DNA from: a virus
Strand: one strand, 5' to 3'
DNA: 39,067 nt
IMG/VR virus record: IMGVR_UViG_3300005326_000032
In this document: piece after piece, positions 1-13,487 of the stretch
Position numbering within the stretch: the first letter of the stretch is position 1
How the letters are laid out: each line of letters opens with the position of its first letter
The notes under the pieces: model-generated
Databases searched by the model: none
The model's input: only the letters and a program-made list of their open reading frames with translations
Told to the model about the DNA's origin: nothing
Made by a program: the position numbers and the translations under genes

Positions 1-123
1 AATTACAAATGGTTAATTGAAATGGGTGTAGGAAAGGCGAGGCAGAATGTAGACATGACAAGTCAGGGAGAGAAGATAACTGCGGGGATATTCGTTGATG
101 ATACAAACATATAAACCACATAA
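1..123. repeat. Terminal direct repeat, copy 1 (identical to 38945-39067)
   Basis: Read directly: bases 1-123 equal 38945-39067. Bases 1-114 repeat the 3' end of CDS 38771-39058 and 95-123 repeat the terL start. The unique genome unit is 38,944 bp. Confidence 0.95.
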
Positions 124-1432
124 GTACCAAAAAGAGTTTCATGCTTCCAACGCGAGGTTTAGAACCTTTATTGCAGGAAGAAGAGGTGGTAAGAGTGTAG
201 CAGGTACCATAGAGGCTTTATGGCAAGCAGACCAAGTACCAAAGATTAAGGGTAGACCAACTCATGGGTGGATCATATCACCTACATATCAAATGCTTAA
301 GGATGTAAACATACCAATACTACTTGAGTGGTGTCCCCCAAGTGCTATAAGAGACTGGAATAAATCAGACAACAGGCTAGAATTAATCAATGGAAGTACA
401 ATAACACTTAGAAGTGGTGAGAACCCTGATAGGTTAAGAGGTGTAGGGTTAGACTGGATATGGCTTGATGAGGCATGTTTTATGAGTAAGGCTGTATGGG
501 AAGTAATATATCCAACATTAACAGATAAGAATGGTATAGCATGGGTAACAACAACCCCACAAGGATATGACTGGGTGTATGACACCTTTTACAAACCAGC
601 AATAAGCAAAGAGGATGGGTTTGAAGCTTGGAAGTTTACAACACTGGATAACCCATACATTGATAAGAGTTTGGTAGAGCAGGCTAAGAAAGATTTAAGC
701 GACATTATGTTTAAGCAGGAGTATTTAGCTAGCTTTGAGAAGTTTGAAGGACTTGTGTATCCTGATTTCAATGAGAGAAGACATGTAAGAGAAACAGAGA
801 AACAAATTACTGATATTTACTTTGTAGGATTAGATGTGGGTTGGAACCATCCAACAGCAGGGATACTTGTTAAAGAAGATACCAATGGTAATGTGTTTGT
901 TATTGATGAGTTTAGAGAGCAATACTTAACAGCTAAAGACATAAGTAATCAACTACACGGGTTGTTAGCTAGAAATGGACTTAGAGAGGATAATATAGAA
1001 ATGTTTATTATAGACCCTGCAAGTAAGGGAACACAGCAAACAAGTGGGCAGAGTATGATGTTCCAACTGCAAGAGGAAGGGTGGGGTTTTGTACCTGGTA
1101 ATAATGATGTTATGGCAGGAATTAACAGGGTAACCAGAATGTTTAGAGACGATAAGTTGTTTGTATCTAAGAGGTGTTCTATGTTAAGAGACGAGTTGAA
1201 TAATTATCATTGGCGTAAGTGGAACGAAGAGAAGGATAGTAGTAGAGCAGAACCATTTAAGTTAGGGGAGGACTTAGCAGACACTTTAAGGTATGTTATT
1301 CATTCACGACCAGACTACTTTGAGCATCCAAAGGTTAATATGTATGGACTGCTTGAGCAAGAAGAGGAAGAGGGAGAGGTCGATATTAACGATACTATTG
1401 ATGATATGATGTCGGGAGATAGTATTATCTAA
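95..1432 (+). CDS. terL: Terminase large subunit
   Basis: 445 aa. Walker A-like AGRRGGKS (aa 27-34), Walker B-like WIWLDEA, and a C-terminal nuclease-like half (IDPASKG, acidic tail). It sits directly upstream of the portal gene, and its start overlaps the end of the upstream small ORF. Confidence 0.9.
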   Translation: MMIQTYKPHKYQKEFHASNARFRTFIAGRRGGKSVAGTIEALWQADQVPKIKGRPTHGWIISPTYQMLKDVNIPILLEWCPPSAIRDWNKSDNRLELINGSTITLRSGENPDRLRGVGLDWIWLDEACFMSKAVWEVIYPTLTDKNGIAWVTTTPQGYDWVYDTFYKPAISKEDGFEAWKFTTLDNPYIDKSLVEQAKKDLSDIMFKQEYLASFEKFEGLVYPDFNERRHVRETEKQITDIYFVGLDVGWNHPTAGILVKEDTNGNVFVIDEFREQYLTAKDISNQLHGLLARNGLREDNIEMFIIDPASKGTQQTSGQSMMFQLQEEGWGFVPGNNDVMAGINRVTRMFRDDKLFVSKRCSMLRDELNNYHWRKWNEEKDSSRAEPFKLGEDLADTLRYVIHSRPDYFEHPKVNMYGLLEQEEEEGEVDINDTIDDMMSGDSII

Positions 1433-1434
1433 TA

Positions 1435-1443
1435 TGTTATAAT
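1435..1443 (+). promoter_or_regulatory. Extended -10 promoter TGTTATAAT
   Basis: Member of the TG(G/T)TATAAT family. It lies 7 nt upstream of ATG 1451, so the mRNA would be near-leaderless. Confidence 0.5.
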
Positions 1444-1450
1444 TGTATAT

Positions 1451-1708
1451 ATGGAAACAATAGTCATTGCATTGTGTATTTTGCTAGGAGTTGCAGTCAT
1501 AGCACTTGGTGTTGTAGCCTGTTTAATAACGATAGTAGGTTCAAAGGAAACAAGAGAGCTTCAGAAGTTACTTAAGGCTAGGGATTTACCAGAGTACACA
1601 GCATACAGTGAGCCACAGGTAGACGAGATAGAAGACACAAGCAACTTAGTAGAATTAGAGAACATGGATAGTGTTATTGCAGAAGCTTTAGAGAAAAACG
1701 AAAAGTAA
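1451..1708 (+). CDS. Small membrane protein (N-terminal TM helix, acidic C-terminus)
   Basis: 85 aa. Hydrophobic segment IVIALCILLGVAVIALGVVACLITIV followed by an acidic tail. Located between terL and portal. Confidence 0.6.
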   Translation: METIVIALCILLGVAVIALGVVACLITIVGSKETRELQKLLKARDLPEYTAYSEPQVDEIEDTSNLVELENMDSVIAEALEKNEK

Positions 1709-1739
1709 ACGAGGAACTTAATCTAGTTAGTAAATACAA

Positions 1740-3422
1740 ATGGCAACAAGTACAGCCCAAGACTACGAGGAAAAGGGGAGAAAAAAGGAGTATGATAAAG
1801 CATATTGGCTATCCTATACTAAAGAGAAGTTTGAAGAGAGTAGAAACTGGAGAGGTGAGAAAGTAGAGTTGCAGTGGTTTGTTAATTACATGTACTACAA
1901 GGGCAACCAGAACCTCAAGTTTGATAAAACAACAGGTAGTTTTGTAAAAGATGTTAGAAACCCACTTACCTTTTACATTAATCACACTTATATGGTGTGT
2001 AGAGCTGTAAGAAATGCTGTAATGAAGACAAGACCAACTTGGGATGTAGACGCTTTGCCTTACGGGGAATTAGATAAAGATACAAGTAGAATATTAGGTG
2101 AATACTTAGCGTTCCAATACGATAGGCTCAACATTGAAGAGAAGATGAACAAGGGTTTGCTTTATGGTTTGCTTTACGGACTTGGTGTATTTCAATATGG
2201 ATACGATGATAGATTAGATGATGGAGAGGGGAATGCTTGGATAGAAGCACTTGATCCGTTTGATACCTACATTGACCCATATTGTACAAGTATGGAAGAC
2301 GCAAGGTATGTTGTTAAGGTTATGAGTAAGCCTTACGAGCTGATTAAAGACAACCCTAACTACGATAAGAAGATAATAGAAGATTTAAGTACCACCTCGG
2401 CACTGAGCGAAAGTGATTATAAAAACCTAATACTTAATAGTGAAAATAACACGAGTAATTCTACTAAGAACTTAATACTTCACGAAACATGGTGTGTTAC
2501 TAAAGATGGGATACGAGTAATAACAACTTGTAATGATGAAATACTAAGAAACGAGTTGTCTGAGTTTAAGAAACTTCCGTTTGAAATATACCAACCTGAT
2601 ATTAACATAGGTGGTATTTATGGTGAGGGTTGGGTTAAAAACATAGTACCCCTTAACAAAGCTTCCAATTACCTAGAAACAAGTAGGCTTGAGTACAATA
2701 TCCTCATAAACAAGGGAAGACTTCTTATACCAAAGGGTGCAGGAGTTAAGAGTGTTACAAATCAAAATGGAGAAAAGATATATTATAAGAACGGATTTAA
2801 ACCAGAGTTTCTACCTACACCTCCAATGGGAAGTGATGTAGACAGACAGATTAATGCACTTGGAACTTACATTCAGTTAATAGGTGCCGCAAACGAGGCG
2901 TTTATTGGACAAACACCAACGGGAGTTAAGAGTGGAATAGCTATTGAAAGTTTAATTGCTGCTAATTTCAATCAGTTGTACGACTTGGTCAACAACCTAT
3001 CAAACACCTTAGCAAGGCTTGGAGAGGACATACTTGAAATGGGATACAAGTATCAGTTGCTTACAAAGCCATTCAGAAGCTCTACAGGGGAGTATTATGG
3101 AATATTAGGTGGTGGAATGGAACCAAAGGAAATGGAAAGACTTATGCAGGTTGTTGCAATACCATCTAACCCAGAGGTTAAGGTAAGAATAACCAGTGGG
3201 GTAGCACATACCAAAGAGGGTAAGAAAGAGATACTAATGACCCTAAGAGCAGGTGGAGATGTGAGTAGAAAGACATTGCTTGAGGGATTAGACATTGACA
3301 GTGAAGAAGAAGCAGAGAGATTACTAGAAGAACAAATGCCACCTGAGCCACAGGGAGGAATGCCGACAGAAATGGATCCTAACATGCCACTACCAGAGGG
3401 TATGCAATTACAGGTACCCTAA
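1740..3422 (+). CDS. Portal protein
   Basis: 560 aa. Position after terL and before scaffold/capsid, typical portal size, acidic Pro/Glu-rich C-terminus. No SD; ATGGCA start. Confidence 0.8.
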   Translation: MATSTAQDYEEKGRKKEYDKAYWLSYTKEKFEESRNWRGEKVELQWFVNYMYYKGNQNLKFDKTTGSFVKDVRNPLTFYINHTYMVCRAVRNAVMKTRPTWDVDALPYGELDKDTSRILGEYLAFQYDRLNIEEKMNKGLLYGLLYGLGVFQYGYDDRLDDGEGNAWIEALDPFDTYIDPYCTSMEDARYVVKVMSKPYELIKDNPNYDKKIIEDLSTTSALSESDYKNLILNSENNTSNSTKNLILHETWCVTKDGIRVITTCNDEILRNELSEFKKLPFEIYQPDINIGGIYGEGWVKNIVPLNKASNYLETSRLEYNILINKGRLLIPKGAGVKSVTNQNGEKIYYKNGFKPEFLPTPPMGSDVDRQINALGTYIQLIGAANEAFIGQTPTGVKSGIAIESLIAANFNQLYDLVNNLSNTLARLGEDILEMGYKYQLLTKPFRSSTGEYYGILGGGMEPKEMERLMQVVAIPSNPEVKVRITSGVAHTKEGKKEILMTLRAGGDVSRKTLLEGLDIDSEEEAERLLEEQMPPEPQGGMPTEMDPNMPLPEGMQLQVP

Positions 3423-3437
3423 GTAGTGTTACGAGCA

Positions 3438-3446
3438 TGTTATAAT
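3438..3446 (+). promoter_or_regulatory. Extended -10 promoter TGTTATAAT
   Basis: Family motif in the portal-scaffold intergenic region, 123 nt upstream of ATG 3570. Confidence 0.45.
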
Positions 3447-3464
3447 TTAATGTACTTAGTGCGT

Positions 3465-3487
3465 AGTGGGTCTATCCTCGGCCCATT
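3465..3487 (+). other. 8-bp hairpin with 7-nt loop TATCCTC in the scaffold-gene leader
   Basis: AGTGGGTC / GGCCCATT pair (two G-U). The loop at 3473-3479 is complementary to the GAGGATA boxes seen elsewhere. Confidence 0.4.
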
Positions 3488-3569
3488 ACACAGTGAGCAT
3501 ATTGGCTCTTTATATTTAAATTGTTTTAGCCTGTACGACACAGAAGTCGTTAAAATGTAGGCAAGTTTA

Positions 3570-4307
3570 ATGGAGGACACAAACTCAATAGCTGTAAATA
3601 CAACGGAAGCTCCCGTTACAGAATCAGCACCTGTAGAAACAAGCACTGTGGATACTTCTGTTGAATCGTCAGAGAAGACGCTAATCACCGATAAAGTAGA
3701 GCAGGGTACTGACTTGGCAACCCAAGAGGAGAAAATATCTAAACATGTCCCTTATGATGTGTTTAGGGAAAAAAACGAGGAGGCTAAGAAGTACAAAGCG
3801 GAACTGGCAGAGCTAAAGGCAAAACAGGAAGAGAGTGAGAGACTTTCTACCATGACTCCAGAGCAACAGTACCAAGAAGAGCAATTAGAGGTTGCAAAAC
3901 AAACTCTACAAAAGCTTGGATTTGTTACTAAAGAGGAACAGGAGAAAATGGCACAAGAGCAGAAAGCTGCCAACATGTTTATTGCAGAATGTAATAGACT
4001 AGAGGGTAAGCACGATGGCTCGGATGGTATGCCTAAGTTTGTTGCTACAGAAATGGCAGAGTACATGGATGAGTTAGCTAAGAGTGGACAGTATATATCT
4101 GACCCTGAGACAGCTTATAAACTCAAATACCTTGACCAGATAGCCGAGACAAAAGCAAAGCAACAGAGAAGCTCAACATTTTCAGAGAAGCAGCAAGGAG
4201 GCATGAACCAAGTAAACGATACTAGAAGTTCAGAGCTAGAGGCTGCAAGTAAAACTGGAGATTTTACACAGTTTCTTAAGAAGCATGCACCAATGCCTAA
4301 GTCTTAA
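3570..4307 (+). CDS. Scaffolding protein (putative)
   Basis: 245 aa, E/K/Q-rich with coiled-coil-like composition, located between portal and major capsid genes. Confidence 0.65.
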   Translation: MEDTNSIAVNTTEAPVTESAPVETSTVDTSVESSEKTLITDKVEQGTDLATQEEKISKHVPYDVFREKNEEAKKYKAELAELKAKQEESERLSTMTPEQQYQEEQLEVAKQTLQKLGFVTKEEQEKMAQEQKAANMFIAECNRLEGKHDGSDGMPKFVATEMAEYMDELAKSGQYISDPETAYKLKYLDQIAETKAKQQRSSTFSEKQQGGMNQVNDTRSSELEAASKTGDFTQFLKKHAPMPKS

Positions 4308-4406
4308 AAAGACAGCCTTAACATATAGGTTAGGAATTGGAAAAGCGTAAATTATCGCAGCAGCCATTAAGAGACACGAGGACTTTAAACTATTTTAGAT
4401 ACTAAC

Positions 4407-5282
4407 ATGGCTGTTTATCAGACATACGATTCATCTACAAATCATGAAGATTTGACAGATGTATTAACAAAAATTGGTGATATGACTACACCAGCTTACG
4501 CAAAGCTAAGAAAAGTCAGTGCAAGAAACTCAATTCATGAGTGGAGCACATACGCACAGGATGCCGCAGCAGTAAATGCACAGGTTGAGGGAGCAAGTTT
4601 CTCATACGGAGCATTGACAGCACCAAGCAGACTATCTAACTATACTCAGATATTCAGTAAGACATTCCAGGTATCACAGACTCAACAGGCTGTAGATCCA
4701 GCAGGAATGGAAGACGAGTACGCATTTAGAGTAAAAGTAGGACTAGAAGCTATTGGTAGAGACATTGAGAAAGCTCTTATCAACGGAACTGCAAACTCAG
4801 GAGCATCAGGAACTGGTAGAAGATTAAAGGGAATAATGGCATTCATTACGACCAATATTTCAACTGGAACTGGTACTGGTAGAGCATTAGCAGCAGCAGA
4901 ACTTAACAGCTTAATTCAGAGTTGTTATGAGAACGGTGGTAGACCAGATTGGTTACTAGGTTCTTACACACAGGTAAATGCTATTGCAGCTTTAATGGCA
5001 GCAAAGAGAACATTTAACGATGGTAATACGACTTATACTAACGAAACATTAGTATATCAATCACCATTTGGAAGACTCTCAGTAGAGGGAGATAGCCAAA
5101 TAGCTGCAACAGAATTAGCAGTATTGCAGAAAGATATGTGGGCAGTTGCACAGTTAAGACCTGTCAGCAAGAAAGATACACCAGAGACAGCAGACGCTAA
5201 GAATGGTGTCCTTATCGGAGAGCTAACTCTTGAAGCAAGAGCAGAAGCTATGAATGGTAAGATGACTGGATTAGTAAGCTAA
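4407..5282 (+). CDS. Major capsid protein (HK97 fold)
   Basis: 291 aa. Position after the scaffold, followed by a strong terminator. The sequence style (…RLSNYTQIFSKTFQVSQTQQAV…EDEYAFRVKVGLEAIGRDIEKALING…) is typical of HK97-like capsid families. Confidence 0.8.
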   Translation: MAVYQTYDSSTNHEDLTDVLTKIGDMTTPAYAKLRKVSARNSIHEWSTYAQDAAAVNAQVEGASFSYGALTAPSRLSNYTQIFSKTFQVSQTQQAVDPAGMEDEYAFRVKVGLEAIGRDIEKALINGTANSGASGTGRRLKGIMAFITTNISTGTGTGRALAAAELNSLIQSCYENGGRPDWLLGSYTQVNAIAALMAAKRTFNDGNTTYTNETLVYQSPFGRLSVEGDSQIAATELAVLQKDMWAVAQLRPVSKKDTPETADAKNGVLIGELTLEARAEAMNGKMTGLVS

Positions 5283-5302
5283 TTACTATTCAAGTAACAG
5301 AG

Positions 5303-5326
5303 AGGGGGCTTAGGCCCCTTTTTTGT
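5303..5326 (+). terminator. Rho-independent terminator after the capsid gene
   Basis: GGGGC-TTAG-GCCCC hairpin (5305-5318, extendable by A-U and G-U pairs) followed by TTTTTTGTTG. Confidence 0.8.
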
Positions 5327-5331
5327 TGTAA

Positions 5332-5340
5332 TGGTATAAT
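5332..5340 (+). promoter_or_regulatory. Extended -10 promoter TGGTATAAT
   Basis: Family motif 5 nt upstream of ATG 5346 (near-leaderless). Confidence 0.5.
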
Positions 5341-5345
5341 ATGAT

Positions 5346-5747
5346 ATGGAATTAATAGACCCAGAGGGTAATAAACTAGAAAAGAGTACCAGTGAAGTAA
5401 TGAAAATGTTACAAGACTTGGCACCTAAGAATAAGGAACAGGAAAGAATACTAGCAACAGCAATAGGAGAGAAAATTGAAGCTGCTCGTAAAGCTAAGAT
5501 GAACAAGGGCGTTAAGAGTGGCTTTAATGGGGTGTTTGCTGACAACGCAAGACTTAAACAGAACACTGATGGGTTTAATAACGAGAGAGATTGGAGACTT
5601 ATTGCTAAGGTACCAAATGAAATGTTGTATGTGGCTAGGCAGATGTGGGGTGATGATGTATTGACTAACCCTGAGAAGTTTAAAGAGGCGTTTGTAGAAG
5701 ACGAGTTGGGGCAGCTGTGTTTAACAGTAGACCCTAAAACAATATAA
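5346..5747 (+). CDS. Hypothetical protein (head module)
   Basis: 133-aa ORF between the capsid and glycosyltransferase genes. No motif recognised. Confidence 0.55.
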   Translation: MELIDPEGNKLEKSTSEVMKMLQDLAPKNKEQERILATAIGEKIEAARKAKMNKGVKSGFNGVFADNARLKQNTDGFNNERDWRLIAKVPNEMLYVARQMWGDDVLTNPEKFKEAFVEDELGQLCLTVDPKTI

Positions 5748-5764
5748 TTTTAAGCGAGGATATT

Positions 5765-6943
5765 ATGAGTCATAAATCCAAGACGAAAGGGAAAAGACCT
5801 TTACAAGTATTATTTCTACCAGCAGACGATGGTGGGTGTGGTTGGTATAGGATAAGGCAGTTTGACGATGCCTTTCAGTTGAGAAGTGATGTTAAAAGCT
5901 ATTTAATGGACGGACACGAGGAAGCTAACAAGCAGATTGAAATGATAAAAAGTGCTGATGTTGTTGTTGGAAGACTAGGGGATTATCAGTATTACAAATT
6001 GATTAAGGAGGAAGTAGATCCTAATAAGCCTATGGTGTTTGACCACGATGATAACACAATGGAGGTATTACCAACCAGCGAGCATTACAAAGAGTTTGGA
6101 ACGGAAGACGCTTGGGCTTTATTTAATGGTAATCTTAAACCAGTATGGGTAACAGGCTTAACCGATGGGTTTAACAGGTACACTAATTTAAGTGGACAAA
6201 TGAATCTACTGTATATTTTAGCAGCGTCTCAGCTCATTACAGGACCTGTAGAGAACCTTGTAGACTTCTATGCACAGTTTGGTAGTAAAGAGGTTAAAAC
6301 TGGTATTGTTCACAATGCTATTAACTATGATTTGTACCCAGAGGGGACTTTTTTACCAAAAGATAAGAAAAAAGGTGAGATTAGACTAGGTTGGCAGGGT
6401 GGTGTGAGCCATTTAGGGGACTGGGAAGAGATAAAAGAGCCTTTAATAAGGGTTTTAAAGGATTATCCAGAGGTTACTCTACATATTTTAGGAAGTTATT
6501 ATAGAAATCAGTTTAAAGAGGTTGAAGATAGGGTTACAAGGTATCCTTGGTATCCATTTAGAGCCTATACATACAGAATTAAGACCATGGGACTTGATGG
6601 TGCTATTATTCCACTAGAAAGTAAACCTTTTAACGAGTACAAGAGTGAGATAAAGTGGGTAGAGTTTACTGCTCAAGGTGTTCCTTGTGTAGTTAAGAAC
6701 ATGTTGCCTTACTCAAGAGTTGTTACAGAGGGCAATAGCTACCCATTTAAGGATAATGGCGAGTTTGAAGTGAAGTTGAGAGCTATGATTGAAGATATTA
6801 AGGCAGGTAAAAACTGGCAAGAAAAGGTAAAAACTGGACAAGAATGGGTTAAAAAAGAGAGGAATATTGATGTAGAAGCAGGGCATTTAGTCAAGCTTTA
6901 TAAGAGTATTTTACCTAAAGATGTTCAAGGGGAACTTTTGTAG
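5765..6943 (+). CDS. GT-B fold glycosyltransferase (putative)
   Basis: 392 aa. N-terminal GGCGWYRIRQ motif and a C-terminal half (IRLGWQGGVSHLGDW…PEVTLHILG…IIPLESKPFNEYKSEIKWVEFTAQGVPCVV) match the pattern of group-1-like glycosyltransferases. SD GAGGA lies 5 nt upstream. Confidence 0.65.
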   Translation: MSHKSKTKGKRPLQVLFLPADDGGCGWYRIRQFDDAFQLRSDVKSYLMDGHEEANKQIEMIKSADVVVGRLGDYQYYKLIKEEVDPNKPMVFDHDDNTMEVLPTSEHYKEFGTEDAWALFNGNLKPVWVTGLTDGFNRYTNLSGQMNLLYILAASQLITGPVENLVDFYAQFGSKEVKTGIVHNAINYDLYPEGTFLPKDKKKGEIRLGWQGGVSHLGDWEEIKEPLIRVLKDYPEVTLHILGSYYRNQFKEVEDRVTRYPWYPFRAYTYRIKTMGLDGAIIPLESKPFNEYKSEIKWVEFTAQGVPCVVKNMLPYSRVVTEGNSYPFKDNGEFEVKLRAMIEDIKAGKNWQEKVKTGQEWVKKERNIDVEAGHLVKLYKSILPKDVQGELL

Positions 6944-6946
6944 TCG

Positions 6947-6955
6947 TGGTATAAT
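6947..6955 (+). promoter_or_regulatory. Extended -10 promoter TGGTATAAT
   Basis: Family motif. An ACGAGG box follows at 6963-6968, and ATG 6994 lies 25 nt after the box. Confidence 0.55.
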
Positions 6956-6993
6956 TAAGTATACGAGGATGTATTAATTTACAATGTAATAAT

Positions 6994-7653
6994 ATGACAT
7001 TCTCGGTAATGCAAACAGAGGTTGGGGATTTACTCAATATGACAATAAGTGCTAATAGCACTGTTACAACGACTCAGGTTAAAAGAGACCTAAACACAGC
7101 AAGAGACTTAGTACTTAATAGACTCCTTACATTAGGACAGAATTACTTTTTAAGGATTGCTAAGGCTGATACAGTCGCCAACCAATCATTGTATTCACTT
7201 CCAACAGATTTTAGAAAGTTTGCAAGACTAGAGATAGGGTATGATAGTGCAACCGATAGGGTTAAGGTTAATCAAATAGATGTTTCAGAAATAAGAGACA
7301 GTACAGACCAATTTTCACAAAGCAATCCAAAGTACACAATAATAGGGAATATGTTTGAGCTTAGACCAACACCTCTTGTTGCTGTAACGGATGGTTTGTA
7401 CATGCTTTATGTAGAAAACCCTGCCGATATGAGTGGGGATAGTGATGTTACAGGGCTTCCTCTTGATTACGATAGCTTACTAACCCTTTATGCTTCTGCT
7501 AAGGGTAAATATACTTTGGGACTAGCTAATGAGGGCAATAATATGATGGCTCAGTTTAACCTAGGGTTGGACGAAATGGAGAATAATATAGTTGAGAGAA
7601 ACATAGATAGTGGTGGAACAATCGCACTTGTAGATGAGTATGGAGGGTTATAA
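6994..7653 (+). CDS. Head-tail adaptor/connector-like structural protein (tentative)
   Basis: 219 aa. Called from its position between the head genes and the tail fibres. No diagnostic motif. Confidence 0.4.
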   Translation: MTFSVMQTEVGDLLNMTISANSTVTTTQVKRDLNTARDLVLNRLLTLGQNYFLRIAKADTVANQSLYSLPTDFRKFARLEIGYDSATDRVKVNQIDVSEIRDSTDQFSQSNPKYTIIGNMFELRPTPLVAVTDGLYMLYVENPADMSGDSDVTGLPLDYDSLLTLYASAKGKYTLGLANEGNNMMAQFNLGLDEMENNIVERNIDSGGTIALVDEYGGL

Positions 7654-7919
7654 TGACTACTTACACAAAAATAGCAGACATCCCTACAAGCTTTACTAAG
7701 ATTACAGATGTTACCACTAATTATAGTGAGGTGGCAGACGATGTAATACAGTGGAAAGCTTATGGAGGGCTTATAAGGCTTTGTACAGAGGGTGGTAGGG
7801 ACGACATAATGACAGAGGCGAGGATAGATTACATTGTAATAAGTCATGGTGAGGATGTAGAAATATGGACTGATATTGCTGATATAGCAAACATTTGGAC
7901 TAAAATTAACGACATTTAA
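7653..7919 (+). CDS. Hypothetical structural-module protein
   Basis: 88 aa. TAATG overlap with the upstream gene. Internal (T/A)KI(A/T/N)DI-type repeats. Confidence 0.5.
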   Translation: MTTYTKIADIPTSFTKITDVTTNYSEVADDVIQWKAYGGLIRLCTEGGRDDIMTEARIDYIVISHGEDVEIWTDIADIANIWTKINDI

Positions 7920-7921
7920 CA

Positions 7922-11359
<3,438 letters not shown>

Positions 11360-11388
11360 TGTTGGTTTAATATAATACTGAATGAATA

Positions 11389-13287
11389 ATGGCAGTTGCA
11401 TATAAGGGAGCAGGAGATGGAGTCACGACAGAAGCCAGTAGTGGTAATTTAAATCCAACGTGTCCAGCAACAGTAGACGCAGGAGACGTACTTATTGCCC
11501 ACGTTGCTTATGAGGGAGTTGCTACAACACCTTCAACACCAGCAGATTGGACTCTCTTAACAGCAGATGGGTATGTAATGGGTGCTGATCTGTATAAGCA
11601 CTGGATATTTGGTAAGATAGCAGTTGGTAATGAAGATGGTGCAGCCATTTCTTTTGGTACACCAGCAGTAACCACAATGCGTACTGGAAGGATTTATAGT
11701 TTCTCTGGTAGAACTTCTGGAACTATAGCACAGTGCGTTCCTACTGCTAGTTTTGTTCATGAGTACAATGCAACCGACCCGACATTTCCTACTGTTACAA
11801 CTACAGTTGTTGACGCTTTAGCAGTAGCGTGTATTTTTCAGGCTGATGATAATGCTTTAGTTAGTGCTACTGGTGAAACTGGTGGGGACTGGACCGAAGC
11901 AGTTGCTGAATACGCTCAAGCTGCTACAACTCCTGACTCACAACTTGGACTTAACACTTGTACTCCAACTGCAAACCCTGGTACTGTTACAGGGGGTACA
12001 ATATCAACTGCTAACGACCCTGTTGGTGTTATTGGTTTTCAAATAGCCCCTTCTCCAGTTGCCGAGCTACCAACGGTTACCACCCAAGCAGTGTCCGCTG
12101 TAACAGGAACAACTGCTACTGGTAATGGAAATATCACAAGTTTAGGTTATGGAACAGTTACCCGTAGAGGGTTCTGTTATATGTCTGGAGATTCAGGCGA
12201 CCCAACAACAGCAAACTCTACTGCTTACGATGACAATGCTGGGTTTACAACAGGTGCTTACACAAAAAGTATAACAGGGCTGACCCCACTTACTAATTAC
12301 AGAGTCAGGGCTTATATCATAAACCAGGTGGGTACTGCATACGGCTCTACCGTTCAATTAACTGCTAATGCAGCTCCTACAGTTACTCTGGGTACAAATG
12401 TTGTAGACACAGCTACCATTACAGACACAACCCCAGCTTTTCAATTTACTGGAACTGATGCAGGTGGTGATGAAGTGGAATATGAGGTACAGGTGGATAC
12501 TGCTAATACTTTTGATAACACCACTCCTATTGTTGATAGCTATGGAATAGAGAATGCTAGTAATACTTTTGCGTTTACTACTGGTGGTAGTACCAGTAAT
12601 GGGCAATCTATTACTGGTAATGGTGATAAATTAGGTAGTGTTAATTTCCCTTTATCTAAAAGTGCTGGTACTACTGGTACTTTTACAGCCCATCTATATG
12701 CTCATTCTGGTGTGTTTGGGACATCGTCTATACCAACTGGCTCACCCATTGCTACATCAATTAATACCATAGATATAGCAGGACTATCCACCTATCCAAC
12801 ATTGACATCGTGTGATTTCGGTTTTGATGGAACTTATACGTTAAATGATGGAACTAATTATTGTATTGTTTTAACAGCAACAAGTTTAAGTGGAACTGCC
12901 TATGTATGGTCTGATACTACTTCAACCACTCATTCTGGTAATCGTTTCTATTATAGTGGTTCAACTTGGCTTGCTTCTGCAACTTTTGATACCGTTTTCT
13001 ATGTCTATGGTGGTGGTATTCCCCTTCTTGATACACTCTCCTCCACTGATGATGATGCCAACTGGACTGGTACAGGTTCTCCTAATCCTTTTCCTAGTGG
13101 TAACGAGATAACCTACACAATACCAGTAGCAAGTGCTTTAAGTGCAAATACATATTACTGGAGGGTAAGAGCAACCGACCCATTAGGTTCTAATACTTGG
13201 GGGGCGTGGAGTACACCCACAAGGAGTTTTACGATATCGGCTGGTACAGCAACAAACGTAGTTCAAATGATAATATCAAATGCGTAA
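11389..13287 (+). CDS. Tail fibre / receptor-binding-like structural protein with FN3/Ig-like repeats
   Basis: 632 aa, Thr/Gly/Ser-rich. FN3-like segment (…GLTPLTNYRVRAYIINQVGTAYGSTVQL). Follows the fibre gene, with an ATGGCA start and no SD. Confidence 0.55.
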   Translation: MAVAYKGAGDGVTTEASSGNLNPTCPATVDAGDVLIAHVAYEGVATTPSTPADWTLLTADGYVMGADLYKHWIFGKIAVGNEDGAAISFGTPAVTTMRTGRIYSFSGRTSGTIAQCVPTASFVHEYNATDPTFPTVTTTVVDALAVACIFQADDNALVSATGETGGDWTEAVAEYAQAATTPDSQLGLNTCTPTANPGTVTGGTISTANDPVGVIGFQIAPSPVAELPTVTTQAVSAVTGTTATGNGNITSLGYGTVTRRGFCYMSGDSGDPTTANSTAYDDNAGFTTGAYTKSITGLTPLTNYRVRAYIINQVGTAYGSTVQLTANAAPTVTLGTNVVDTATITDTTPAFQFTGTDAGGDEVEYEVQVDTANTFDNTTPIVDSYGIENASNTFAFTTGGSTSNGQSITGNGDKLGSVNFPLSKSAGTTGTFTAHLYAHSGVFGTSSIPTGSPIATSINTIDIAGLSTYPTLTSCDFGFDGTYTLNDGTNYCIVLTATSLSGTAYVWSDTTSTTHSGNRFYYSGSTWLASATFDTVFYVYGGGIPLLDTLSSTDDDANWTGTGSPNPFPSGNEITYTIPVASALSANTYYWRVRATDPLGSNTWGAWSTPTRSFTISAGTATNVVQMIISNA

Positions 13288-13345
13288 TATGTTTATAATA
13301 GACGTATAATATGTAGATAATAAATTAATTCATAACAAGGAAAAT

Positions 13346-13465
13346 ATGAAACAGAACATTAAGTCGGTAGTATGGTATTTACTTGGAGTTTCAACAGTTC
13401 TGGTTTTAATCTGGTTGTTTAAATATCAGGTGACTACCTTTATGATGTGGCAGTTATTAAAATAA
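13346..13465 (+). CDS. Small membrane protein (39 aa; not in the ORF track)
   Basis: ATG preceded by AAGGA 6 nt upstream. Sequence MKQNIKSVVWYLLGVSTVLVLIWLFKYQVTTFMMWQLLK contains one TM helix. Confidence 0.4.
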   Translation: MKQNIKSVVWYLLGVSTVLVLIWLFKYQVTTFMMWQLLK

Positions 13466-13473
13466 GATTGTAG

Positions 13474-13482
13474 TGGTATAAT
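13474..13482 (+). promoter_or_regulatory. Extended -10 promoter TGGTATAAT
   Basis: Family motif 5 nt upstream of ATG 13488 (near-leaderless). Confidence 0.5.
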
Positions 13483-13487
13483 AGACT

